A stretch of DNA of 64,000 nt from a virus (IMGVR_UViG_3300028559_000005), one strand, 5' to 3'; counted from the stretch's first letter, positions 36,117 to 46,682 are shown. The notes: generated by a model not told the origin, from the sequence alone. Numbers and translations: made by a program.

Positions 36117-39100
36117 TTATAATCTTCCTACTACAATTTCTATCATACCTTCAAGGCCTGTGAAATCTTCCAATGACTTACCAATGATAGATCCTGACAA
36201 TGGATTTTCTTCTGCACGAGCTCGGCCATTGCCAGCAGATACCATCATGTCTCCTTTGGATACATTTCCAACTACCAGAGTTAGCACACGACCAGTTAAT
36301 GCTACTATGGCTCTGTGGTCAGCAGTGAGTCCGTTATTCATCAAATAACTGGGATTTTCAGATATCACCCCAGCCACACGACGACTTGAATCAACGGTGC
36401 TTATTGTAACTTCTTTGTTGCCGCCAAATACCATCACAGTACCTGGTGAATAATCTGCATCAGCTTCGTATACCTCAGCCAAGTCAGCATACAATGCGGT
36501 GGCTGCTTGTGCAAATACTCGATTGAAATATCCAGTTGCGGAGCCAATATTTCCTACAAGATTTCCAGCAGCATTTACAATTCCAATTGCACCACCACTA
36601 GAATTTACACTCAATGCTCCTGTAAGACTAAAGTTACCGCCGTTATCAAGAATAGCTTTTGCATTTGCAGTAGTTGCACGGCTAGCAGTTCCTAAGTATA
36701 GTATATTTGTGTTGCCAAGTAGCCATGGGCCACTAGACTGAAATCTCACCTCGTTGTTGGCAGCAGACAAAATCATAGGACCATCAACTGACAGTTTAAA
36801 TCCTGCTGTTGCTGATCCAACTATTATATTACCACTGCCAGTGATGTTACCTGTTGATGATATACCGCCACCAGTTATAGTACCTGTGCCTGAAATTGCA
36901 CCGCCGGCACCAGTTGTAACAATACCAGCGGATGTAAGATTTCCAGTTACAGATACTGCACTACCCAGTAGACTTGTTCCAGTAACATTACTAGCTGCTG
37001 ATATAAGTCCACTAGATATTAAATTACCACCTGTAATATTACCCGTAGCTGATATAGTAGTAGCAGCTGACACAGCCCCAGTTGCACTAATAAATCCTCC
37101 GAGTACCAATCCTCCAGTGCTGAACACAGCAATATTACCAACACCACCAATTGTGATATTTGCATTGCCGCCCGGCGTACCAATATTGACCTCGGATGTA
37201 CCATTGACAATTTTGACACTAACACCTTGTGTACCTTGAGCACCAATCACACCCTGCGTACCTTGAGCACCAGTTGTGCCCTGTGCTCCTATACCGGCAA
37301 AAGACCCTGATATGCCTTGTACGCCTTGTACACCTTGCCCAGCAAATTGACCATCACGACCTTGTACACCTTGTACACCTTGCCCGGCAAACAAACCAGA
37401 TGTACCTTGAGCACCAGTTACGCCTTGTACACCTTGACCGGCAAATTGACCATCAAGACCTTGTACGCCTTGTACACCTTGCCCAGCAAACAAACCAGAT
37501 GTACCTTGCACACCTTGCACACCTTGACCGGCAAATTGACCATCACGACCTTGTACACCTTGTACACCTTGCCCAGCAAACAAACCAGATGTACCTTGAG
37601 CGCCAGTTACACCTTGAACACCTTGACCGGCAAATTGACCATCAAGACCTTGTACGCCTTGTACACCTTGCCCAGCAAACAAACCAGATGTACCTTGAAC
37701 GCCTTGTACGCCTTGAACACCTTGCCCAGCAAATTGACCATCACGACCTTGCACACCTTGTACGCCTTGTACGCCTTGTACACCTTGACCGGCAAATTGA
37801 CCATCACGACCTTGTACGCCTTGTACACCTTGTCCGGCAAACAAACCATCTGTACCTTGCACACCTTGCACACCCTGAGCACCAGTTGTACCTTGAGCAC
37901 CAATTAAACCTTGTGAACCTTGAACACCTTGTACGCCTTGTACACCTTGACCGGCAAATTGACCATCAAGACCTTGTACGCCTTGAACACCTTGTCCGGC
38001 AAACAAACCAGATAAACCTTGTGTGCCTTGTGCAGCTTGTACGCCTTGTACGCCTTGTGTACCCTGAGCACCAATTAAACCTTGTGAACCTTGAACACCT
38101 TGTACGCCTTGTACACCTTGACCGGCAAATTGACCATCAAGACCTTGTACGCCTTGAACACCTTGTCCGGCGAACAAACCAGATATACCTTGCACACCTT
38201 GCACACCTTGCACACCTTGCACGCCTTGTGTACCTTGAGCACCAATTAAGCCTTGCACACCTTGTGTACCTTGCGCAGCTTGTACACCCTGTACACCCTG
38301 TACACCTTGAACACCCTGAACGCCTTGGCTGCCTTGTACGCCTTGAACACCTTGACCGGCAAATTGACCATCAAGACCTTGTACGCCTTGTACACCTTGA
38401 CCAGCAAACAAACCAGATATACCTTGCACACCCTGTACGCCTTGCACACCCTGGAGACCCTGTACGCCTTGTGTACCCTGAACGCCTTGTACACCTTGTG
38501 TGCCTTGCGCAGCTTGTACGCCTTGCACACCCTGTACGCCTTGGAGACCTTCAACACCTTGTACACCTTGCACCCCTTGTGTACCTTGCGCAGCTTGCAC
38601 ACCTTGTACACCTTGAACACCCTGAACGCCTTGGCTGCCTTGTACGCCTTGTACACCTTGACCGGCAAATTGACCATCAAGACCTTGTACGCCTTGTACA
38701 CCTTGCCCAGCGAACAAACCATCAAGACCTTGCACACCTTGCACACCTTGCACACCTTGTATGCCTTGTACGCCCTGAACGCCTTGTACACCTTGTGTGC
38801 CTTGCGCAGCTTGTACACCTTGTACTCCTTGTACTCCCTGTACGCCTTGTACGCCTTGTGTGCCTTGTACACCCTGTACACCTTGTGCTCCAGATCCTGC
38901 TACTGCTGCACCATTGGCATAGGTAAATCCAGCTGCTTGCACATTTCCCACAGCAGTTATTACTCCACCAGTAGTGATATTGCCAGTAGCAGTTATTTGT
39001 GCAGCACTTTGGATGTTACCCACGGCTGTAACTAATCCGTTAGTTCGTAAGTTATCACCTTGAATATTACCTGTAGCTGAGATATTACCAGCCAAGATAT

Positions 39101-40685
39101 TACCAGCACTGGTGATGTTTCCTGAAACTGATATCAACGTACCAGTTAAACTAGTTGCGTTGAATAAAGTTGTTACATTGATATTATTAGCATTGACATT
39201 GCCCAGTAAACTAACACCAGTAGAGGTGAATGTGGCAACGGGGATAATTCCAGCTACGCTTACTACAACATTACCATTTGCACTAGGGATGGTGACATTA
39301 CTATTGCCATTTATAATCTGGGTACCAGTGGCAATGGTAAGATTAGTAAGTAGGCTGCCGTCTCCAATAAAATACGCACCAGTGTTGGCTGTGATGTTTC
39401 CAGTGACACTTACTATACCACCTGTAAAGCTGGCAGCATTAGCACGATTAGCGGCTATAATATTGTTGGCGGTGACGTTACCAGAGACTGAAACTAACCC
39501 ACCTGTGAAGCTGGCCACATTCACAATATTAGTAAACATGCCATTGTTGGCAATTGCATTGCCGGTTACTGATAATGTGGTACCAGTTAGACTAGGAGCA
39601 TTAAAATTAGCCACAACACTGATATTGTTAGCAGTGACATTTCCTGATACTGAAACTAACCCACCTGTGAAGCTGGCTGCGTTGGCTCGAGTGGTTGCAA
39701 AAATATTGTTGGCAAAGATATTGCCCGAAGTTGACACTAATCCTGCGGTATTTAAATTACCACCAGTAACATTGCCCGATACTGAAACTAGTCCACCTGT
39801 GAAGCTGGCAGCATTGGCTTGAGTGGTTGCAAAAATATTTCCACCGTTGATATTGGCACCTGTGACATTGCCGGAGACACTTACTAGTCCACCTGTGAAG
39901 CTGGCAGCATTGGATCGAGTGGTTGCAAAAATATTGTTGGCGGTAACATTGCCGGTGATCTCAACCCCATCTATGGTGAATACAGCCACATTGGGCACAC
40001 CGGTCACAGCCACAGAAACATTTGAATTTGCAGCCACAACAATATTACTGTTACCGTTAACTATTTGAGTACCGCCAGGTATCGCAAGATTGGTAATCAG
40101 GCCGCCGTCACCTAAAAAGAATCCACCAGTAGAGATGTTGCCCGATGCTGAAATTATATTACTATTGACAGTTCCTGTGACATTGGCTATATTGGTAGCA
40201 GAATCAAATGTAAATCCTGCCGAAGCGCCGGCATTGCCTGAATTGTTAAACAACACCTGTGTATTAGACCCAGGGACTGTGAGATTACCTGCTATGTTAC
40301 CTGCAAAAGTCCCAATGAAATAACCATCTGTGTTGATGTTACCTGTAGCAAAAACCTGGCCACCAGTGTTGAGATTGCCGCCCCGGACGTTGCCTGTGGC
40401 TGAGATATTACCAGCTGAGATATTACCAGCACTGGTAACAATCAAAGAATTTCCAATCAGCACATTGGCAGTGACATTGCCAGATGCTGTGACAGATACT
40501 AGACTAATTGCATTGGTCCATACTCTGACTCCATCAGTTCCTAGTCTAAGAACATCATTGGCGTTGGTGCCATTGCCAAGATTTGGCTCAGCTTGATTTA
40601 ATCCTAAGAATTGATAACGATCGGCTGTGAGATTGCCCAGATCTGTTACTGGAACACGCCCACTGATAAGTCTAGTTGAATTCAT
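36117..40685 (-). CDS. 1522-aa tail fibre with SGNVT repeats, collagen-like (GVQ)n region and C-terminal chaperone domain
   Basis: Repeated [16 protein letters not shown]; about 550 aa of G-x-Q triplets; same ADLAEVY...ALTGRV C-terminus as the adjacent gene. Confidence 0.85.
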   Translation of the reverse strand: MNSTRLISGRVPVTDLGNLTADRYQFLGLNQAEPNLGNGTNANDVLRLGTDGVRVWTNAISLVSVTASGNVTANVLIGNSLIVTSAGNISAGNISATGNVRGGNLNTGGQVFATGNINTDGYFIGTFAGNIAGNLTVPGSNTQVLFNNSGNAGASAGFTFDSATNIANVTGTVNSNIISASGNISTGGFFLGDGGLITNLAIPGGTQIVNGNSNIVVAANSNVSVAVTGVPNVAVFTIDGVEITGNVTANNIFATTRSNAASFTGGLVSVSGNVTGANINGGNIFATTQANAASFTGGLVSVSGNVTGGNLNTAGLVSTSGNIFANNIFATTRANAASFTGGLVSVSGNVTANNISVVANFNAPSLTGTTLSVTGNAIANNGMFTNIVNVASFTGGLVSVSGNVTANNIIAANRANAASFTGGIVSVTGNITANTGAYFIGDGSLLTNLTIATGTQIINGNSNVTIPSANGNVVVSVAGIIPVATFTSTGVSLLGNVNANNINVTTLFNATSLTGTLISVSGNITSAGNILAGNISATGNIQGDNLRTNGLVTAVGNIQSAAQITATGNITTGGVITAVGNVQAAGFTYANGAAVAGSGAQGVQGVQGTQGVQGVQGVQGVQGVQAAQGTQGVQGVQGVQGIQGVQGVQGVQGLDGLFAGQGVQGVQGLDGQFAGQGVQGVQGSQGVQGVQGVQGVQAAQGTQGVQGVQGVEGLQGVQGVQGVQAAQGTQGVQGVQGTQGVQGLQGVQGVQGVQGISGLFAGQGVQGVQGLDGQFAGQGVQGVQGSQGVQGVQGVQGVQGVQAAQGTQGVQGLIGAQGTQGVQGVQGVQGVQGISGLFAGQGVQGVQGLDGQFAGQGVQGVQGVQGSQGLIGAQGTQGVQGVQAAQGTQGLSGLFAGQGVQGVQGLDGQFAGQGVQGVQGVQGSQGLIGAQGTTGAQGVQGVQGTDGLFAGQGVQGVQGRDGQFAGQGVQGVQGVQGVQGRDGQFAGQGVQGVQGVQGTSGLFAGQGVQGVQGLDGQFAGQGVQGVTGAQGTSGLFAGQGVQGVQGRDGQFAGQGVQGVQGTSGLFAGQGVQGVQGLDGQFAGQGVQGVTGAQGTSGLFAGQGVQGVQGRDGQFAGQGVQGVQGISGSFAGIGAQGTTGAQGTQGVIGAQGTQGVSVKIVNGTSEVNIGTPGGNANITIGGVGNIAVFSTGGLVLGGFISATGAVSAATTISATGNITGGNLISSGLISAASNVTGTSLLGSAVSVTGNLTSAGIVTTGAGGAISGTGTITGGGISSTGNITGSGNIIVGSATAGFKLSVDGPMILSAANNEVRFQSSGPWLLGNTNILYLGTASRATTANAKAILDNGGNFSLTGALSVNSSGGAIGIVNAAGNLVGNIGSATGYFNRVFAQAATALYADLAEVYEADADYSPGTVMVFGGNKEVTISTVDSSRRVAGVISENPSYLMNNGLTADHRAIVALTGRVLTLVVGNVSKGDMMVSAGNGRARAEENPLSGSIIGKSLEDFTGLEGMIEIVVGRL
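37225..38890. repeat. Collagen-like nested repeat (9-bp ccttgtaca/ccttgtacg units in roughly 27-72-bp higher-order units)
   Basis: Recurring gcaaattgaccatca(a/c)gaccttgtac and gcaaacaaaccag blocks. Encodes GVQ runs interrupted by [15 protein letters not shown] and AAQGTQ. Confidence 0.95.
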
Positions 40686-40692
40686 TCTGGCT

Positions 40693-41028
40693 TTATCCTG
40701 TTGATGTTTCTAGCACGCTCAATGTCAATTGCGAAGCAGAATTTACATTAGCACCCACTGCAAAACTGTCACCAGTTTGTAATATCAATCTACCGCCCAC
40801 AAGGTTTATTGCATCGTTTGGCGGCAATAGCGCACTTTGTACCAAGGCCACATTATTCCCAGTTATTTTATATATATTTCCACTCACTGCGATAGTGTTA
40901 CCAGTGATATTACTGACCTGAGCCAACAGCACTACCGCGCTGTATCCGCTAGGGCAAGTATACACATTGCCAATGACATCGGTCACGGTTGCTGTTACTG
41001 TTTTAAATGCATTTAATACTGTTGCCAT
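40693..41028 (-). CDS. Small structural protein
   Basis: [10 protein letters not shown]...VYTCP...VVLLAQVSN...LILQTGD; lies in the tail cluster. Confidence 0.6.
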   Translation of the reverse strand: MATVLNAFKTVTATVTDVIGNVYTCPSGYSAVVLLAQVSNITGNTIAVSGNIYKITGNNVALVQSALLPPNDAINLVGGRLILQTGDSFAVGANVNSASQLTLSVLETSTG

Positions 41029-41048
41029 GTTGATTCCTTAACTGTTAC

Positions 41049-43388
41049 TTATGGCACTTCTTGCAAGGCCAATATGTAAGGGGTCATGATTGCAAACAAT
41101 GATCGGTAGAAGTCATCTCCACTCACGGTTCCTGTTGCTTGATTCACTGTGAACCCTTTGCCTACTCTAAAGTTACCCTTCTGGTCTGTGCTAGTAAATG
41201 TAACTACACCACCATTCACTGTGCGCACCTCGTTTTCAGGTATTGGTATTCCGCCGTACTGTGGCAATGCTGTGGCTGGAACAGTTCCGGCTCCTACATA
41301 TTCAAATGTGTGTGCGCTGGCAATAATAGCACTGCGGGTGTAGAATTCTAAATTGGTGCCAGGCACCAGATTGGCTGAAAATGTTTCTTGTATGAGTACA
41401 GTGGCATTGCCTGCCGATGGAGTATTGGGCTGTATAGTGTCAATAGTGTAATATGTTATGGGGAACAGATTTACGTCCCATGCACTGTATGTGCCCGACC
41501 CGTTGGTGCCAGTCACATCCACAATCAAGTCACCTGTGAGTGTATCATATGATTGTACTTCACCAGTCATGAAATTGATCGAATCATATGCTATGATTAC
41601 ATCTTGCCCTACCGAATATGATAATCCTGTTCCTATGATCAACGAAGCCACCTGGATTGCAATAGTAAGTGTAGTGCTGCTGGTAGTAACGTAGTCAAAA
41701 TCATTTATAACCATCACGGTATTCACGTGAGGTTGTCCATTGCTTAACCCTTCAATCACAAAAGTTCCAGCGGTGCTGTAACCCACGGTGTTGCCCGAAG
41801 TTTGTAGTGGGCCTATCCCTTCAGATACCAAACCGTAGTTACCAATCGAGCAATCCGATCCGTTAAGTGTCACAAACGAACCGCTACGTGTTCTTAGGCC
41901 AATATCAGCAGCAATGGTGTAGATGTTAACTGCTTGACTGTATGCGCTGTTGAGTAGATCGACACCAATACCACCACGATTGATAATGGTATAGAAACCC
42001 AAAATCATGGCCTTGGTGCTAATACCGCTAACAAGACTGCCGTCAATCCGGCAACCAGTTCCTGTAGTAGTAGTCGATGTGATATTCTGTATGTAAGGAC
42101 TCACAAACACATTCTGCCCTGGTGTAGCAGGATCATATGCAAATGCTGCACCCAAGTAATCTCTCACCGAGATCCCCCATACATAGGTGCCATTGGTCAT
42201 GTAAAACAAGTCAGTGGCTGGATCAGCTGGTTTAATTGTGACTGTGCGTAGGTTATCCCCCATGAGTGCTGTGTTACGAGGAATTGTGATAGGAGTCTGT
42301 TCAACATATGTGCCCGACGATACACGGATAGCAACGTTGCCGTTCAGTGCAGTTGCTGCGGTACAGGCCTGTTTGATAGTACGGAATGGAGTATTCAATC
42401 CACCGTCGTTTGAGTCGCTGCCGTTTGTGGCCACATAGAATGTGTTAGAAACTGATGGAATAGGTCCTAACACATTGCCACTGGCACTAAGGATGCTGGT
42501 GTTGATACGTTGGGCTAGGATTGTGCTGACATCTAGTTCGTTGTCTATGGTCACCGTGGCCGAGAACCGGGTGTCCGGTGTGACTACAATTTGACTGCTG
42601 TCCGGAGAATCAATCAAGGTGGTAAAAATGTTACCATATACTCCCTGATTACCTATGATAGTATTGCCCTGAACTGTGTTGATACCTATAACATTGTTAC
42701 CAATCACATTGCCCACAGCCGACACGTAATTTAGACTGCTGACAGTATTGCCAATAACACTTCCAGTAACACTGACTGCGCCAGTTACACTTAGACCAGT
42801 TGTGGTGAATACGGCCACATTTGATGTGCCTGCAATGGTAACATTGGCATTGCCGTTTGCTGTAAAAAATCCCAACTCACTGCTGCCAAAAGCTATGGCG
42901 TTTCTAGTGATATTACCTGCAATTGTAGCGTTACCTGTAATGTTAAGATCGCCGTAAACAGTTACCAAACGATCAGCAACTTCCAATGTTAAATTTCCAT
43001 TGGCCACGGTGTTTACATTGCCATTTGTGACAGGAATGCTTACATTGCTGGTGCCATTGGTCAGGGAACTGGCGCTGGAAATATCAGTAAGATAATATCC
43101 ATTACCTACAAAATTAGTTTGTGCAACTACATTGCCGGTTGCTGTTAAATTGCTACTAGTCACTCCATTGAAAGCTATAGTCATTACATTGGGCACATCT
43201 CCTACCATTGCATAGATAGCACCACCTGCAGCGGGGATATTTATATTGCTAGTGCCATTGGAGATTTTGGTAGTGCCAAACTGTTGCAGTTGGGCAAAAT
43301 TGTTGTTTATTTTTATATACGCCGTGCGTAATGGGTCACCGGTTCCGTCATCGGGCTGGGCACCAACATCCACATATTCATAGGTCAT
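41049..43388 (-). CDS. Baseplate/tail protein with T4 gp9/gp10-like N-terminus and beta-helix-like domain
   Basis: VGAQPDDGTGDPLRTAYIKINNNF (gp9/10 N-motif); FYVATNGSDSNDG...PFRTIKQA (pectate-lyase-like lead-in). Confidence 0.75.
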   Translation of the reverse strand: MTYEYVDVGAQPDDGTGDPLRTAYIKINNNFAQLQQFGTTKISNGTSNINIPAAGGAIYAMVGDVPNVMTIAFNGVTSSNLTATGNVVAQTNFVGNGYYLTDISSASSLTNGTSNVSIPVTNGNVNTVANGNLTLEVADRLVTVYGDLNITGNATIAGNITRNAIAFGSSELGFFTANGNANVTIAGTSNVAVFTTTGLSVTGAVSVTGSVIGNTVSSLNYVSAVGNVIGNNVIGINTVQGNTIIGNQGVYGNIFTTLIDSPDSSQIVVTPDTRFSATVTIDNELDVSTILAQRINTSILSASGNVLGPIPSVSNTFYVATNGSDSNDGGLNTPFRTIKQACTAATALNGNVAIRVSSGTYVEQTPITIPRNTALMGDNLRTVTIKPADPATDLFYMTNGTYVWGISVRDYLGAAFAYDPATPGQNVFVSPYIQNITSTTTTGTGCRIDGSLVSGISTKAMILGFYTIINRGGIGVDLLNSAYSQAVNIYTIAADIGLRTRSGSFVTLNGSDCSIGNYGLVSEGIGPLQTSGNTVGYSTAGTFVIEGLSNGQPHVNTVMVINDFDYVTTSSTTLTIAIQVASLIIGTGLSYSVGQDVIIAYDSINFMTGEVQSYDTLTGDLIVDVTGTNGSGTYSAWDVNLFPITYYTIDTIQPNTPSAGNATVLIQETFSANLVPGTNLEFYTRSAIIASAHTFEYVGAGTVPATALPQYGGIPIPENEVRTVNGGVVTFTSTDQKGNFRVGKGFTVNQATGTVSGDDFYRSLFAIMTPYILALQEVP

Positions 43389-43441
43389 AGATACATATCC
43401 TCTGGTGTATTTACCAGAGCTGCGTATCTATGTCTAACAGA

Positions 43442-43762
43442 CTAAACGGAGAAGCTTGATCCGCATCCGCAGGTGCTGACCGCGACGGGATTGTTGATTA
43501 CAAAGCTGGAACCCATGACGTCCTCACGAAAATCAATGGTAGAACCTTGTAAATATTGCATGCTCATGGCATCTACTATTACATGTACTTCTTCATAATT
43601 GAAGTCAAAATCGTCTTCATTTTGCTCTTCATCAAAGGTAAATCCATAACTGAATCCTGAACATCCGCCACCTTGTACAAACACTCGTAGCTTGATTGCA
43701 GGGTTGGCCTCTTCGGCAATGAGTTCTCGCAGTTTTGTGACTGCTCCTAGTTCTAGTTTCAT
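43442..43762 (-). CDS. erpA: Fe-S cluster insertion protein, ErpA/IscA (HesB) family
   Basis: [17 protein letters not shown]...[12 protein letters not shown]. Confidence 0.95.
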   Translation of the reverse strand: MKLELGAVTKLRELIAEEANPAIKLRVFVQGGGCSGFSYGFTFDEEQNEDDFDFNYEEVHVIVDAMSMQYLQGSTIDFREDVMGSSFVINNPVAVSTCGCGSSFSV

Positions 43763-43774
43763 AATGTGTTTAGT

Positions 43775-44317
43775 TTATAGTCTATCTGAGCACACATCCC
43801 AGTTGATGATACGCCAGATGTTGTTGAGATATTTTTCTTTTTCCCACTGATAGTCAGTGGCCCAAACATGCTCCCACCAGTCAATAAGTACACATATATC
43901 TGTACGTACAGCATGATTTTTGATGGTTTTGATCTCTCCACCGGTGCTCAAGTAAACCCAACCCGATCCCTGGATTTTCATTGCTGTTTCTTTCACAGCG
44001 TCTTGAAATGCTTCGTAACTTTTGAACTTGCGTTCAATCAGTTCCAATACAGCGCCTCTAGGTCGATTTGTGCCTCGGGGCGGTTGTAATTGTGGGAAGA
44101 ATTTGTTGTGCAAAAAGCTACCTGCACGATTAAAATCAGCATCACCTTCGCCGGCATTGTAGCGTTTGGCATAGCCTTTGGCCAGATGCTCGTAGTGATA
44201 GTTGATACTGTCTGCACTCAGCACAGGTGCTAACTCGTCAGTAGCATAAGGCAGAGGTGTAGTTTCCAGTTTGGCTGGTCTTGTGCTGGCTTCTAATAGA
44301 TCAATATGTTCACGCAT
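43775..44317 (-). CDS. sodB: Fe/Mn superoxide dismutase
   Basis: LPYATDELAP, HYEHL..Y, LHNKFF, IQGSGW, DWWEHVW. Confidence 0.85.
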   Translation of the reverse strand: MREHIDLLEASTRPAKLETTPLPYATDELAPVLSADSINYHYEHLAKGYAKRYNAGEGDADFNRAGSFLHNKFFPQLQPPRGTNRPRGAVLELIERKFKSYEAFQDAVKETAMKIQGSGWVYLSTGGEIKTIKNHAVRTDICVLIDWWEHVWATDYQWEKEKYLNNIWRIINWDVCSDRL

Positions 44318-44325
44318 GCAAGTAT

Positions 44326-44544
44326 TTAGCGCCGACGGGTAATACGCCCTTTGGTGAGATCATACGGTGAAAATTCAATCAACACCCTATCACCCAGTAA
44401 GATCTTGATATCATGCTTGCGCATACGGCCTGAGATATAGCCGATAACTGGGTTTTTTACACCATCTAACTGTATACGGAACATGGTATTTGGTAGGACT
44501 TCTAGTACCTTGCCTTCTAATTCTATGTTTTCTTCTTTTGCCAT
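44326..44544 (-). CDS. infA: Translation initiation factor IF-1
   Basis: [22 protein letters not shown]...[32 protein letters not shown]. Confidence 0.97.
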   Translation of the reverse strand: MAKEENIELEGKVLEVLPNTMFRIQLDGVKNPVIGYISGRMRKHDIKILLGDRVLIEFSPYDLTKGRITRRR

Positions 44545-44555
44545 TGACCTATTAC

Positions 44556-44957
44556 TTAGCTAAAGTTGATTTCTGCTGTGATCTTTTGCAGACGGTCAAA
44601 ACGGAAACTACGCCATTCATTTTTCTCCAGGTCAAATACTCGTAGACTGTGCGGATCTGGTTCTTTACGTGATTTCTTGCTTTTGACCAGCCCGTCCACA
44701 TTTGCTGTGCTGGTGCTGAAAATTGCAGCATCAGGTTGTGCAGGCATCCGGCTGCTGTCTAGGGTACAAAGCATGTCACGTACAGAGCCATCGGCTTTGA
44801 CAAAGGTCACAGTGATTGGGTTCTTTTGTAACAGACTGCGCACCCAGTCTCGGATTACAGTTTTTTCTGTGTCTGTGGATTCTTGATATTGTGTGCCCGG
44901 TGCTTTTTTGAGCAGTCGAAACACTTCACTCTTTTCCCAATCCATTATTGTATCCAT
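44556..44957 (-). CDS. WYL/SH3-like small phage protein
   Basis: [15 protein letters not shown]...[13 protein letters not shown]. Confidence 0.65.
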   Translation of the reverse strand: MDTIMDWEKSEVFRLLKKAPGTQYQESTDTEKTVIRDWVRSLLQKNPITVTFVKADGSVRDMLCTLDSSRMPAQPDAAIFSTSTANVDGLVKSKKSRKEPDPHSLRVFDLEKNEWRSFRFDRLQKITAEINFS

Positions 44958-44978
44958 ACTATCTCCTTTTAAAAATTT

Positions 44979-45215
44979 CTACGACCACTTCAACGCAAAC
45001 CAAGTTGCCAACTTTGGATCCTTGACTGTGATAGTTGGTATGTATTCAACTGTGGCGTCGCCCAATGGTTGTGGATTTATTTCCTTTTCAACACGCTCAT
45101 AGAACCAGTCATAATCAGTGCCGTCTTTGGGTTTGTTCAAATTGCCTCTGCCCACATTTTTCCACAACCATTCTGTACATCCTGATGGCACACCTTGCCG
45201 AAACTCTAATGTCAT
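44979..45215 (-). CDS. LRW-family paralog 5 (ends FALKWS)
   Basis: Shared C-terminal motif; start moved to the ATGA overlap. Confidence 0.65.
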   Translation of the reverse strand: MTLEFRQGVPSGCTEWLWKNVGRGNLNKPKDGTDYDWFYERVEKEINPQPLGDATVEYIPTITVKDPKLATWFALKWS

Positions 45216-45460
45216 GACCACCTCAACAAGAATAACGTAGCATCTTTACTTTCCTCAAAAGCAACCTCTCCGCCCCACCATAACTGGTATTCTCCGCAGT
45301 GTGTGTTTATCCAGTTTATTACATCCTGGCTATCATGGTGCAAGAATAAATTTGGTACCTGGACAATGGTCCATCCCCGAGCTTTGCACAGCACTTGTGC
45401 ATCAATAGTATCAGACAAGTTTTTTGCAATTTTATCAATATATTCTTGTTGTAAATTCAT
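45212..45460 (-). CDS. LRW-family paralog 4 (ends FLLRWS)
   Basis: Shared C-terminus; TAATG coupling. Confidence 0.65.
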   Translation of the reverse strand: MNLQQEYIDKIAKNLSDTIDAQVLCKARGWTIVQVPNLFLHHDSQDVINWINTHCGEYQLWWGGEVAFEESKDATLFLLRWS

Positions 45461-45849
45461 TATGACCACCTTAATGCCGCCATTGTAGCATACTTGGCAT
45501 ATTTCTGTCTAATCTTTATTGATAGACGATTTGCAGCCACATCATTATTGGCCATACCCCAGTTCCAATCCCACCCTTGCCGACCAACATGCTGTTCCAT
45601 CCAAGGACGATAATGATCGTTTGGGTCAGCACTGTCAACATATTCAAAGCATTCGCCTATACCCGACCATCCATCTCTATGACTGGGTCCAACTTTTACC
45701 GGTCCCTTTGGCCACGCTACATTGACCACAACCCCGGGCATGAATCTCCACCAAAGTTTGTCATAAAAATTAAGACCGCAAGGCGTCCACCTGCTGAGTC
45801 CATTCAAGTTTTTCCAACAGAACAATCCTTTGATTTCACTCTTGCTCAT
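45460..45849 (-). CDS. LRW-family paralog 3 (ends AALRWS)
   Basis: Shared C-terminus; ATGA coupling. Confidence 0.65.
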   Translation of the reverse strand: MSKSEIKGLFCWKNLNGLSRWTPCGLNFYDKLWWRFMPGVVVNVAWPKGPVKVGPSHRDGWSGIGECFEYVDSADPNDHYRPWMEQHVGRQGWDWNWGMANNDVAANRLSIKIRQKYAKYATMAALRWS

Positions 45850-46046
45850 GCCCACCTCAATGCAAACCACATGGCATCTTTACCCTCGCCAAAATAATAC
45901 ACGATACTAGAGTCATTTACCCAACCACCGGGCACCGACTTTAGTCTTGTAGTATTAACAGACTCATTGGTAATATAACTAGGACAATTTTCTTTAGCCC
46001 ATGCTAATGCAGTCCAATCTGGATCGTAGGGTAGTGTAACTGTCAT
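45846..46046 (-). CDS. LRW-family paralog 2 (ends FALRWA)
   Basis: Shared C-terminus; ATGA coupling. Confidence 0.65.
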   Translation of the reverse strand: MTVTLPYDPDWTALAWAKENCPSYITNESVNTTRLKSVPGGWVNDSSIVYYFGEGKDAMWFALRWA

Positions 46047-46273
46047 GACCACCTCAGTATAAACCAAGTACGATCTGCTTCTTCACGGAACCAATACTTT
46101 TGATTACTGCCCACCCAACGAGCATTTTCTGTAAACCAATTATTTTGACCCATTATATCCAGCAGCCATTTATTCATATCATACCACTCTTGTTCATTAT
46201 AGTTGTATGGTCGAATCCAATAGGGCCATTTGGGTTGATTGTCAGCATAACCAGTTTCAAGGCGTTTTGTCAT
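46043..46273 (-). CDS. LRW-family paralog 1 (ends FILRWS)
   Basis: Shared C-terminus; ATGA coupling. Confidence 0.65.
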   Translation of the reverse strand: MTKRLETGYADNQPKWPYWIRPYNYNEQEWYDMNKWLLDIMGQNNWFTENARWVGSNQKYWFREEADRTWFILRWS

Positions 46274-46671
46274 CGACGCATATGTGCAGAATCTTCTGCT
46301 GCCTGCCGATTGAACACTGGCTGCAAACAACTCTTGTGCATCACAGCAATGCCAATGATCTCAGTACCTGTATACACTTTGACGTTGGAACTAGTATCAT
46401 GCCCTTGGGTCACGCGGCTAGGAATATGATGTGTGTTAGTACGACCCACTGGCGTGTTTAGTTTATACACCAGTGGGTCTGCTGCCATTGCCCGTTTACG
46501 CTTGCGTTCTTCAGCTTCCACACCCTGGCGTTTCAACAGTTCTTTCCAGCTTGAATCTAGCTCACGGGCACGAGCAGCTTCGGCAGCATTGCGAAACTTG
46601 ACCTTGCCCCGCTTTTTGCCACTCATACTGAGACTGGGGTGTGCTAAATGCATTGTCATATGTATCTCCAA
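46270..46671 (-). CDS. Basic hypothetical protein
   Basis: Ends YTG..IIGIAVMHKS..QPVF; SD GGAG; promoter upstream. Confidence 0.65.
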   Translation of the reverse strand: MEIHMTMHLAHPSLSMSGKKRGKVKFRNAAEAARARELDSSWKELLKRQGVEAEERKRKRAMAADPLVYKLNTPVGRTNTHHIPSRVTQGHDTSSNVKVYTGTEIIGIAVMHKSCLQPVFNRQAAEDSAHMRR

Positions 46672-46682
46672 GTAATGCTGTT

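Noticed and set aside
35351-36374. Diversity-generating retroelement TR/VR pair in the tail fibre C-termini
   Set aside because: There are only two differences, both synonymous, in a chaperone domain rather than a ligand-binding tip, and no reverse transcriptase is present in the window.
37229-39035. Long overlapping ORFs on the plus strand and in alternative frames (565, 260, 211, 196 aa)
   Set aside because: These are shadows of the 9-bp-periodic collagen-like repeat, which lacks stops in several frames. The translations are low-complexity (LVHL, YTL, VYK) with no RBS.
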